This document shows positions 43,269-53,576 of a DNA stretch of 64,000 nt, piece after piece. Within the stretch, counting starts at the first letter, position 1. The number at the start of each line of letters is the position of its first letter. Position numbers and translations under genes: made by a program. Below the pieces are notes generated by a model. The model was not told the DNA's origin. It searched no databases and saw only the letters and a program-made list of their open reading frames with translations. The stretch is from positions 186,001 to 250,000 of the forward strand of contig JAIVFI010000022.1 of NCBI GenBank assembly GCA_025558095.1. The letters run 5' to 3'. This DNA is from Hyaloraphidium curvatum SAG 235-1 (taxonomy: Eukaryota > Fungi > Monoblepharomycota).

Positions 43269-44428
43269 ATGGCGCCTCGGATGCGCCAGCGCTCGACGAG
43301 GGCCCGATCCCGAAAGCAAGCTGCCGATGCCCGCGGCGCCGCGTCCGAGATTCCGACGCTCCTTCCGGAGATTGTCTCCCGCATCCTTGACATCCTTCTC
43401 TTTGCCGGAGCCCATGGCACTATCTTCCGCATGCTCACTGTGAGCCGGGAGTTCTACCATCTCACGATGCGGAAGCTCTATTACTGCTTGACATTCAAAG
43501 GTCCCAACTCCCGCATCCTGGACTTCGTCCGTCCCGGTTTCTACGAAGGACGTTTTGGGTACATCAAAAACCTGGAGCTGTATCGATCGGCCGTCAAACG
43601 GGGCGGGGATGCGACGTGGGAACTCCTGGAGAGATGCCTGCCGACATTGAGGGTCTTCTACATTCACCTTGATTGCGCGGCAGAAGCGCGCAGGTTTTGG
43701 GCCTCGGTTGAGAATGTGCCCCCGCCGGTGCTCGAGGAGCTGAGGCTTGAAATTGGCAATGACGCGGACCAGGAGACTCCTACGGACCTTGCACTTCCTT
43801 CGTCGCTCCAGAAAATCACTATTAAGCTCGCCGACGAGGAGGACGAGTGTATCCGCATCGTGCGATTGCTCGAGACGGGCGGTGCACATGTCGGACGGAT
43901 CTCGCTGGACGGCATTCTCCCCAACGAACAGTGGTCAGCGCTCCTCCCGCGTATCCGTGGCGTCACCGTCCCTGCTACGGAACTCCCCGCTCTGCTCGCA
44001 GTTCCTGACCTCCAACTAGACACGTTGGGAATCGACTTTTACTCCTCGGAATCGCGTGATCTGGATCCCGCTGCCTGGGCTTCAATCAAGACCCTGGGGC
44101 TCAAGCGACTGGATCTGGACAACCCCAACACCGCGAGCAAACTCCTGCTCGATCTCCCCCGGGACTTGAGGAGCTCGTGCTGCGCCGGCCACGTCCCGAC
44201 CTTGGCCGGGCCGGCCAGTCCAAGGTCCGCGCGGCTCTCCGATCCGCCGGCGCGCCCGCGATCGTCGTGCTGGAACCCGGGGATTTTTTCGACCACCACG
44301 TCGAGGAGAGCGAATGGGACATGTGGAAGGGGCTGGACAACATGGAGGTGCGGTGGCTCGGCGAAGACTATGATGCTGGTTCCGGTGCCGGTTCCGGTGC
44401 CAAGAGCGCGGTAGTTTTGCCGTTTTGA
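43269..44428 (+). CDS. F-box-like protein with LRR-like region; frameshift near 44160
   Basis: PTLLPEIVSRILDIL...MLTVSREFYHL...LY (F-box-like). Restoring one C in the run at 44155-44160 gives LPPGLEELVLRRP, matching the paralog at 26136-26585. Confidence 0.6.
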
Positions 44429-44521
44429 TCGCGGAGATGGGCGCCAAACTGGTTGTCAGCTGCTGTGGGTGGGACCGTAATGTAGTGAACTGTATCTTGT
44501 TGAATTGAGCCTCGTCGTTAC

Positions 44522-45661
44522 ACACTTTTGCGTTGTTTGTTTGAGTGTTGGTGGCGGGATCGAAGTTGAAAGGGGATCTCGGGCAAACACGATCGGTGGT
44601 TCGCGACCCTGAGGCGCGACCTCGACGAACCGCGACTACAAAAGGGAGTCTCCTCCTCTCATCACTCTCCACTTCTCCTTCATCACTCCATTTCCTCCAC
44701 TACCCCTTCTGCCCACCGCTCGCCGCCCCCGCCATGGCCCGCGCGCTCCTCCTCGCCGCCTCTCTCGCCTTCCTCGCCGCGCCCGCGCTCGCGTACCACG
44801 ACCCGTTCATCTGCCTCGTCAACGACGCGCGCGCAAAGGCCGGCGTCGCGCCGCTCGGCTTCGCGCCCGGGCTGCAGGAGGTCGCGCAGCGCGTGGCGTG
44901 GGACCTGTACAACACCCGCACCGTGTCGCACTTTGGCAGGTCGGTAACTCGCGGGCACTTCTTCGCACCGCGGGCGTGGACAGGAAGCCCACCTGCCCTG
45001 CCTTGGACGGCCTGGCCTCGTTCTTGCGACACGATCGCCTGCCTGCCATTTCGCCGATCGTTGACGCGTCGTTCCCACCTCCCACCAGCGACGGCTCCAA
45101 CCCCCTCACCCGCCTCGCGCCCCTCGGCTACGCCAAGATCGGAGAGAACGTCGCCGGCGGCCAGACCACCATCGAGTGGGCCATGGGTGCGTGCCGATCG
45201 CCGCCTCCTGCCTGCGATCGTCCCACTAATCTGCCTCTCCCGGGCCCCGACAGACTCCTTCATGGGCTCGCCCGGCCACCGCAAGACCCTTCTCGACCCC
45301 GCCTTCACCTGCATGGGCTCGGCCAAGGTCGGCGACCGCTACGCGCAGGAGTTCGGCCAGGGCGGCGGCTGCCCCGTGCCCGACTGCTGGCGCTTCCCTG
45401 CCCGCAGGCTCGCGCGCAGGGCCGTCGAGCTCGCCGAGCCCTACGTCGCCGTCGTCAACTCGACCGCCACAAGGGCGTCCTCGACCTCGCTGCCCGAGGC
45501 GTCGCACTGATCGGACCGGACTCGCGTACTTGCGCTGGATATCGATACCGTAGATGGATAAGGCCTCGGCCTAACTTGAAGCCGTTGGAGACATGTAGAA
45601 GATACCAGAGTCGTATTCGCGGCAATGAAAACAGAGCCTATTGATCTCGAAGCTGCCCCCC
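44522..45661 (+). repeat. Inverted segmental duplication, copy 2 (pairs with 24935-26067)
   Basis: See copy 1. Confidence 0.92.
44734..45510 (+). CDS. Secreted CAP/SCP protein, copy 2 (3 exons)
   Basis: Almost identical protein to 25085-25857; introns about 44940-45088 and 45188-45253. Confidence 0.9.
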   Translation: MARALLLAASLAFLAAPALAYHDPFICLVNDARAKAGVAPLGFAPGLQEVAQRVAWDLYNTRTVSHFGRSVTRGHFFAPRAWTGSPPALPWTAWPRSCDTIACLPFRRSLTRRSHLPPATAPTPSPASRPSATPRSERTSPAARPPSSGPWVRADRRLLPAIVPLICLSRAPTDSFMGSPGHRKTLLDPAFTCMGSAKVGDRYAQEFGQGGGCPVPDCWRFPARRLARRAVELAEPYVAVVNSTATRASSTSLPEASH

Positions 45662-45706
45662 GCGCGCAATTTCTCCATCCGAAGCACATCCTGCCCGCCA
45701 AATCCA

Positions 45707-46715
45707 CTAGAGGCTCGCCTTGCCCCTCACATACCGCCCCATGGAGCTGTCCGGTGCAGGGTACGGCACCGCCTCCCCAGCGTCGCCTGCGACGACGAAC
45801 GCTCCCCCGCGCACCGACTGGTCGCGCACGCACTTGACCACCGCTTCTGCGACGGCCCGCGGGGGCGTGTAACCCCCGAGCAGCTCGACCGCGGGGCCGA
45901 TCGCCTTTGCAAAGGCTTCCTTGGTCCGCGGGGGGTCCTGCAAGCAATGGGGCGTTCAGCAGCGGCCCATCGGAAGGCTGCTGCAGACGCACCCCGGGTC
46001 TGAGGCCCTCTTTCTGCACCATGGGCGTCCACACCAGGCCGGGTAGCACCACAGCACAACGTACGGGGGATTTCCCGCGGGCCATGGCGTCCAGGGTCGC
46101 CTGGAGGGTTTCAACGAAGGTTATCTGCGCGGACTTGCACGCGGCGTCTGGGGCCGGCAATCGGGCAATGAGGCGCATCCGCGCGGCAAATAGCAAAGAG
46201 GACATACAGGAGAAGCCCGAGGATGGGGCCATGACGATGCGCTCCTGGGGGTTGCCCGCGTGGATGCCGCCGAGCGAGGAGACGGCGACGAACACGCCGG
46301 GCGCCTTTGCCCGCAGCCAGTGCGTGGCCGCCAGCCGGCCCAGAAGCATGAAGCCGACCAAGTTGCCCTGCACGACCCGCATCCACGCGTCGTCGCGTGC
46401 ACCGCGCAGGATCCCCGGCGCAGGATCGCCCACGAAGCCGGCGTTCGCGACGACGACGTCCAGCCCCCCAAGGCGCGCCGCGGCGGCATCGAACGCGCCG
46501 CGAACGCTGTCGGGATCGCACACATCGCACCGCACGAAGCAGACCGAGCCCGCGCCGTGGACGGCCTCGAGCGCCGCGACCGCCGCCGCGCCGTTCGCCT
46601 CGTTCCGGTTCAGGATGGCCACTTTTGCGCCAAGGGACAGCAACAGTTGGACGATCTCGCGACCCATTCCCTCCGTGCCGCCCGTTACGAGGGCACGCGC
46701 ACCGCGGAGCTCCAT
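45707..46715 (-). CDS. Short-chain dehydrogenase/reductase (15-hydroxyprostaglandin dehydrogenase-like)
   Basis: TGGTEGMG, NAG, SSLGG and a catalytic Y-A-A-C-K split by an intron; last exon ends MGRYVRGKASL*. Confidence 0.88.
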
Positions 46716-47193
46716 CGTTGCTGGCGGGCGTGGTGGCAAGCTTCCCGCGAACGTTCCGCCAACACCAGCTCGCCGCCCTCCGACCGAGTTCTGCCTCCCA
46801 ACACGCGCCGTGGCAAAGCTGCGGAGTCCGTGAAGGCGAGTGCTTAGTGCAGGGCGGTCTGACGGAATGGATGTGTGTGAAGATGATCCGCAGGAGAGTA
46901 TTAGCAACACGTGCAGGATGAGCGTGAACACGCGAAGGACCAACAACAGCATTCTTGACTTGATGTCGATGGGTTTGTGTGTGAGACACGATTCTATTTG
47001 ATGCTTGCTTGAAATGACTATGCCTCTTCGTTGGTCAGAATGGTGTACTGGGATGGTCAGCGCGAGGTCGGCGTTTTAAGAGAGTTGCCTTCCAGCAGCG
47101 CAGCGCTGAACTAGCGCTTGACTCGGACGCGAAGTCGTCCAATGAAAATGTGAGCGCCAGCTTACTCTCGATCGTTAGTCGATGTCGATGTTA

Positions 47194-47226
47194 CAGTTTC
47201 GATCCAGTTTCGATCCGGTTTCGATC
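47194..47226. repeat. Three tandem 11-bp units C(A/G)GTTTCGATC within a TCGAT-rich intergenic patch
   Basis: CAGTTTCGATC CAGTTTCGATC CGGTTTCGATC; additional TCGAT at about 47168, 47179 and 47185. Confidence 0.8.
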
Positions 47227-47693
47227 CGATCAACGAAAAAACGGCCTTGACTTGTTGTCGCGGGCCACAACACGATGCGCTCCGCCAAAACAGCGTTCGT
47301 CCAACGATTTCGGAGCTCGAACATGAATTTTTCGCGAATCGACCGCGAAGTCGGGCCCATGTGTCACATGCCCCGGCCCTCTTCGCGGCCGGCCCCCGGG
47401 CCCCGGCAGCGGGCCGCGTGGTGCCAGCGGCGCTGCACTGCGGCCGGCGAGGCGGCGGGCGGCGCTCCGGCGGCGGGCGATGCGTGTGACCGCGGCGGCC
47501 GGTAGGGATCGCGGCGGCCGTTTCGGCTCTATCGCCCAGCACACAGCAACGAGAGAACTCGCGCGCACCGCCCAGCGCCGCCCGGTCGGTTCCCCGCCCC
47601 GTCGTCGTGTGCCCGCATCGGGCGCCCTCACACGCGTCCGCCCCCGCCCCGCCGGCGCCAGATCTACATAGCCCGCCGCACACGGCCCCTCCA

Positions 47694-48557
47694 ATGACCG
47701 ACACGCCCCGGCTGCCCGCCGCCGCGCCCCCTGCGACGCCCGCCGACGCAGACACGACAGACTCCGAAGCCGCCGAGCCCGGTAGGTCCCCGCCGCCCCC
47801 CGCGCGTCTTGGGTGGGGTCTGACTCGGTAGCCGTCCCAGAACGTCCCGCCACGCCGGTGCTCGCGTCCGCCTCGCTGCAGACCACGCCGGCGTCCTCCC
47901 CGGCGCGCCGAAGCCATGACGACAGGCCCGCAGGGTCTAGCGGTGTCTGTAAGAGGCTCCTCCGGGCCAATGGGGAAAACGGACAAGATGATCACCAAGA
48001 CAAGAGGACGCGTCTCGACGAGGCCAACGAAGGCGCCAGGGACACTTTTCAAGATGTCCCCGACCTGCTCTCGGCCCTGGAGGGCGACGACGACGCCGCC
48101 CTTTCGAAGCTCGATGCCGAAGCTGCCTGGATCTTGCAGACGCTCCCAGACGGTGGGTCCCGCGCTCCCGGGGCCGCTTTGCACGCTGACGCCGCTTACG
48201 GGCAGAGCCCTTCTTGCCCGACCCACCCCCGCACGGCCACCTGAAAATGCAAGGCTGGCTCGAGAGGCTTTTCGAGGAAGATAGCTCGACTTTCGTTTCC
48301 ACGGGCTACGCCGACGAGCCGGAGGACGGTGGCTACGGGTCCGACACCGAGACGAGCACCGCCGGGGACTGCAGCGGCGACGAGGACGACGCTGGTGAGT
48401 GTCCTACTTTACCGCGTGGCACCAGCGCTGATTGGAGGGACAAGCAGGGCTTTTCGACCTGGAGTTCGAGAACTGCTACGAGGACGAGGACGTCTTCTAT
48501 GGGCTGCAGCGCCACGGTCGCTCCGGCCTCTTCCCGTCTAGGGAAAGCAATGAGTGA
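47694..48557 (+). CDS. Hypothetical acidic protein (4 exons)
   Basis: ATG at 47694; plausible GT-AG introns join the frames; Asp/Glu-rich; ends GLFPSRESNE*. No family recognised. Confidence 0.45.
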
Positions 48558-48662
48558 GGGCTACCGGCTACGGACCGGTATGGGAATCCACGTTGTATAC
48601 TAGCACCGCACATACATTATGGCAACAGTCCGCTCCTGCCTCATCATTCATATCCGATTCTT

Positions 48663-49770
48663 CTAGGAAAGCGCGCTCTTCACCGCGGCCGCGAGCACCC
48701 CGATGAGCTCGTCCGGGCCCGGGTTGTGGCCGATCTGCTGGGTAGCGAAGCCGTGCAGCTGCCCCGGCCAGTCGTGGTACTCCACAGGGATGCCCAGCGA
48801 CACCAACTTCTCGGCGTAGGCCACGCCTTCCGAGTACAAGGGGTCGGCGCCGCAGGTGATGACCAGGGCAGGCGGCAGCCCTGCAAACATGGAGTCCGGG
48901 GCGAGGAGGGGGGACGCAAGAGGGTGGTCCCGCGCAAGAGAGCCGGGGGCGGAAAAGTAGTGTCCCATGAACCTTTCAATCGCATGTCAGCTTCGAGGGA
49001 AGGATGGTGAAGGAAAAGGCAACACAATCTCACCAGACCATGGAAGCAAGCTCGAGCAGCAGGCCCTTCTCGTTCGCCTTCAGGCTCTTGTGCCGCTCGG
49101 TGTTGATCGTGAGGTCGACGGAGGGGTAGATGAGCAGCTGGAGCTTGATCGGGCAGGGCCTGTTCTGCGCCACGATCGCGGCGTAGTTGCCTCCCGCCGA
49201 ATCCCCGCTCACAATAATCTTGTCGCGGTCGATACCCAAGGATTCAGCCCTTTCGTAGGCAAAGCGCGTGGCCGACAGGCAATCGACCAGGCCCCGAGGG
49301 AAGGGGTGCTCAGGGGCGAGTCCGTAACCGACAGAGATGACGGCGCACCCCGAGGCGTTGCATAAGAGCCTGCAAAAGGGATCGTGCGTGTTGAGGCTGC
49401 CGAGCACCCAACCGCCGCCCTACAACACCATTAGCTGGTTTTCGAGGCCCGTGGCTCGTACACCAACGTGGAAGAAGAGAATGAGCGGCTCCGGTGCGTC
49501 GCCCTCCTTGCGGTTCGAGTACAGCCGGCAGGGCACGCCTCCGAGCTCCACATCTTCCACTTTGCCAACAGAAGCAGGGGGTACGGCGGGTTTGCGCGCT
49601 TCCCGCGCCGCGCGGGCTTCGGCGACGGTGCCGGCCCCGAGGGGCGGCAAACCGGCCTTGGCAGCCAGCTCCAGGAACTTGAGGGCATCCTTATCCAACC
49701 GATGGTCCATGTAATCGGCATACCCGTCCCGAGGCTCGTGTACAACGGCCTCCAGAGCCGCGGGTGACAT
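48663..49770 (-). CDS. Hormone-sensitive-lipase-family alpha/beta hydrolase (esterase)
   Basis: FFH|GGGWVLGS, YGLAPEHPFP, GDSAGG, DPL and HGF catalytic motifs; two introns. Confidence 0.92.
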
Positions 49771-49978
49771 TCCGGAGGGCCTTTCGGAGCGACTGCTTCC
49801 AAGAGGCAGGGGCAGAACGAAGGTGCCAAATAGACTACGGAGCTTCTTCGCAAGATAATTCCGTGCCCCAATAGGACGCGGAGGACAGGACGCCGTCCGG
49901 TTCTTCGGGTGGCAGCGGTGGTTGACGGCGCGCCCGAACCTCACTCCCCAAACATCCTCGGAGCAACGCGTCAACGCC

Positions 49979-50586
49979 ATGTCCGCCGCCGGGAGCATCG
50001 CCAGGCTGGCTCTTCTTTGCCTTGCCCTCTTCGTCGGGTGCGGCTCGCCGTCGCACGGGCGCACGGCGCGCTCCGCTCACGACCTAGACTAGCTACGTCT
50101 GGTGGAACCAACCGGCGGAGGAATCGAAGATCTGCTACACGATCGAGGGTTTCGCCGGCTGCGGCTTCTTTGAACGCGCCAAGGCGGTGTGTTCCTTCCG
50201 CTCACGTGTGCGGAATGCCGGGGCTGACGCGTCCGCAGATGGGGAACAAGCTGAAGGCCAGCGACGAGGTGCTTTAGCCGCGGTTTTCCGAGGTCCTGGG
50301 CACGACTTGACTTCCGTTCAGTTCCGTATCACGATCCGCGAGAGCCCACAAAGATCCGAGTATGTCGGGCAGCGCCTTCCCGAACTCAACAAGGTACGAC
50401 GGCCAGGCGCGTCACGGACTCACCGCTGACGACCCTTCCATTGCTGCCTAGGTGGTCAAGGGTGCCGGGTCGCACCGCACGAGCCCCTTCGTGTACACCG
50501 GCTGCGGCGAGGACGACAAGCGGTACGTGGGGGGAGCTTCGGAGTTCATTGAACGGGTCAAGACTCTCCACAAGGAGTTTGCGTGA
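49979..50586 (+). CDS. Small glutaredoxin/thioredoxin-fold protein with N-terminal signal or anchor (5 exons)
   Basis: Spliced product MSAAGSIARLALLCLALFVGYVWWNQPAEESKICYTIEGFAGCGFFERAKAMGNKLKASDEFRITIRESPQRSEYVGQRLPELNKVVKGAGSHRTSPFVYTGCGEDDKRYVGGASEFIERVKTLHKEFA*. CGFF, TSP (cis-Pro) and VGG motifs. Confidence 0.7.
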
Positions 50587-50720
50587 TCATCTTCGAGCTA
50601 TGTACACGGGAAAGAGATGTTTGGTATGTCTTGTGTCGAAGTCGAGTGTCAGAGAATCCAGAAAGAAACGTCCGTCGCCCTGTGCCGAAGCAACCGCCGC
50701 CGACATCCTTGCTCGAGCCC

Positions 50721-53461
50721 TCAATCGTCGCCGTCCGCCTCGCTCCCCTTCTCGTCCTCTTCGCCCTCGTCCGCTTCCCCCTCCGCCTCCCTCCCCGCCC
50801 TGCTCTTCTCCTGGTTCGCCACCAGCACCTGCTTCGAGTACGCCTCGGCCAGCTCCGCCGAGGTCGTCGCCTCCTCGACGCCCTTGTCGTCCCTGACCCT
50901 GACGAAGCGCGGGAACCGCATCGACACGCCCCGGTCCTCCGACGCGAGCCCGCGCGCGGCCGTGTGCACGGGGGAGAGGGTGAGGTCCGCGCCGCGGATC
51001 TCCCAGACCACCGAGGGCTCGAACCACAGGTCGCACTCGTAGGGGGTGACGTAGTAGGGCTTCTTTTCGGCCGCGAGGAGGCCGGATTCCTCGGAAAAGA
51101 CGGAGAGCTGCTTCTTGTAGAAGTCGTCGCTGAAGCCCGAGATGGCTTTGCAGACGGCCTCGATCTGCTCCGTATCCGGATTCCAGCAGCCGAGCAGGAA
51201 CGGGCTGTGGGCGCGGGGAAAGGCAGTCAGACCAAGCTCCGCACAGCCTTCCGCCCTGGACCCACCTGTACCACCCCTTCTTCCTCCCGTTGCCCCACCA
51301 CGCACCCATGACCACCAGATCGAACGTCCTGAACCCCGCGTCGTAGTCCCTCTTCACCTTGAGCCACGAATCCGTTCTCCGGTCCGCCTCGTACGTCGCC
51401 ACCAGCTGCCCCCTCTTCTCGGCCTCCCCCGCCGGAGCGTCGGCGTCGTCCAGCAGCTTGAGCATCAGCCCCTCGGCGCCCTCCTCGAGTGCCGTGGAGA
51501 GGAAGGCCAGCACGGTGTCGTGGTTCTCGGCCGATGCAACGGAGCGCATCCGCCGCACCTGCGCGAACCGGTCCGGCACCTCGTCGAACGCCGCGTCCAG
51601 CTTCTCCAGCCTCCCGCGCAGCGGCGTCCGCAGCAGGCTCTCCCCGTCGAGGTACATCAGGTCGAACGCAAACACCTTGGCCCGCTCCTTGAGCTCCTCC
51701 TCCTTCACGGCCTTGCGCGGGCGGTTGGTGAGCGTCTGGAACGGGAGGATGTGCTGCTTTGCCGGGTCCCATGCGACCACCTCGGCGTCCATGATGTACG
51801 TCCCCGTGCCCGGCCGCTCCGCGAGCCGCAGCGCCGAGACGATGTCCGGGTACCGCGCCGTGACGTCCTCAAGGTTGCGCGAAAAGATCCTGTAGCCACC
51901 TCCCTCCATCCTGTGCACCTGCGCGCGCATGCCGTCGTACTTGTAGTCCGCCGCGAACGCGCGGCCCTCGATCTTGGCCAGCGCCTCGGCGAGGTCGCGC
52001 GTGATCCGGCCGAGCATGGGGCGGATCGGGACCCCGGGCTCGCAGGAGCACGCGGCGGGCAGGCCCTCGGGGCCGACGGCGGGGTCCAGCAGCCGGGGGA
52101 CGAGAATGTCGTAGTTGGGCAGGCGGGCAAAGACCTCCTTGACCGATGCTTCGGCGCGCTTGGCGCGGTCACGGACGGTTTCCTGCTGGCGGAGGGTGCG
52201 CAGGGTGGGGGGGAGGTCGTCCCAGAGGGACTTGATGACGACGGCGTGGGCGAGGGCCGTGAGCGCCGTCGTCTGTGGAATCAAGCGCGGAGGGTGACAT
52301 CAGAAACAGATCGATGTCAATCCCCGTGAGCGGTCCCACCTTGGTCGCGCCGATCCGGATGTGCGAGATGAGCGTCCTCGTCAGGTACCTGATCTCCTCC
52401 CCCCTCGCGGCGACCAGCATTCCTTTCACCAGGTTCGCCTTCTCCTCCACGGCCCCCTGCCCGCTCAACCCCGCGATCTTCCTCAGCGCCGCGTAGACCC
52501 CCCTCACGCTCAGCGGCTTGGGCGCGAACAGCGTGCGCTGCTTCACCCTGAGCTCCATCGCCACGTCGCCCAGGTCCCCCAGCCGGTCGTACAGCGCCTT
52601 GAGCGTGTCGGACCCGGCGCCGGTGGCCTCGCGGATGGCCTTGGTCATCACCTGCGCGCCGACGCCGAGCTCGATGCCCTCGTAGGAGGGGGCGATGCGG
52701 TTGGAGCAGAGGTAGAGGAACGGGATGACGTCCGCGGGGGAGCGGGCGAGCAGCGTGCGGAAGGCGTTGGCGAGGATGGATACCGAGGCGGTGCGGCCCT
52801 TTTCGGCGGCGACCGCTGCGAACGCGGAAGCGCAGAAGCTGTACGGGGCGGGGCCGCCGGCGGGCCAGTCGGGGAAGGGGTGGTGCGGGTCGTAGGAGAA
52901 GGGCTTGGCGGTGAGGTGCGTGCCGCCGGGGCCGGCAGCGGCGGCGGTCAGCGTGAGGAGGGCGGGGGCTGCTCCCGGGGAGGAAGAGGCGGGGCCGGGA
53001 GCGGCAGGTGGAGTCGGCGGCGATGAGACGCCGGCGACCGGGGCGGCATTGGGTGGCGCGGCCTGCGTCGGCGACGAGGAGATGACGACGACGGAGGCAC
53101 CATTTGCTGGCTCCGTGGGCCTCTCGTGCGGCTCATCGGCGCGTCCTTCGCCGTCCGAGCGCGACACGTCTGCGGTGCCGGTGTCCCCCGCGACCGTTTC
53201 TCCCCCGGCAACTGCCCCGTTCGAGCCCGACCCCTCGATCTTTGCCCTCTTGACCGGCGGCCCCCGGTCCTCGGGCGCCGCATCGCCGTCGCTGTCGAGG
53301 TCCACGACCTCGGGCGGTTTGCCCGATCGCGGGTCGGCCTTTGCGGGCGACGCGGCCGGCGACGCGAAGAACGAGTCCAGCCGCGTCTGGCCGGCCTGCG
53401 GGCCGCCGCCGCGCTTCTTGGCCGGCGACGGAGCGGCCCGCTTGGCGCCCTTCGGGGGCAT
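50721..53461 (-). CDS. ATP-dependent DNA ligase, LIG1 family (LIG6/Adl1-like paralog)
   Basis: PIP-box QTRLDSFF; motif I DYKYDGMRAQVH; EGLMLK; WLKVKRDY; DLVVMGAWWGNGRKKGWY|SPFLLGC; SMRFPRF; two introns. Confidence 0.93.
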
Positions 53462-53576
53462 CGCGCGAGATCTCTCCGACTGTTTGGTTGCGAATTCGTG
53501 TAGCTGCGCCGCTAAGCTCCAACGACGGAGTCAGGCGCGGCTTAGCGAAATTCGGGGACGCCGAACAAAACACGCG

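Noticed and set aside
24935-45661. Large DNA transposon with 1.1-kb terminal inverted repeats
   Set aside because: The repeats are a duplicated host CAP gene; no transposase or target-site duplication is seen.
48150-48245. Apparent frameshift in the hypothetical acidic gene
   Set aside because: It is explained by a GTGGGT...GCAG intron.
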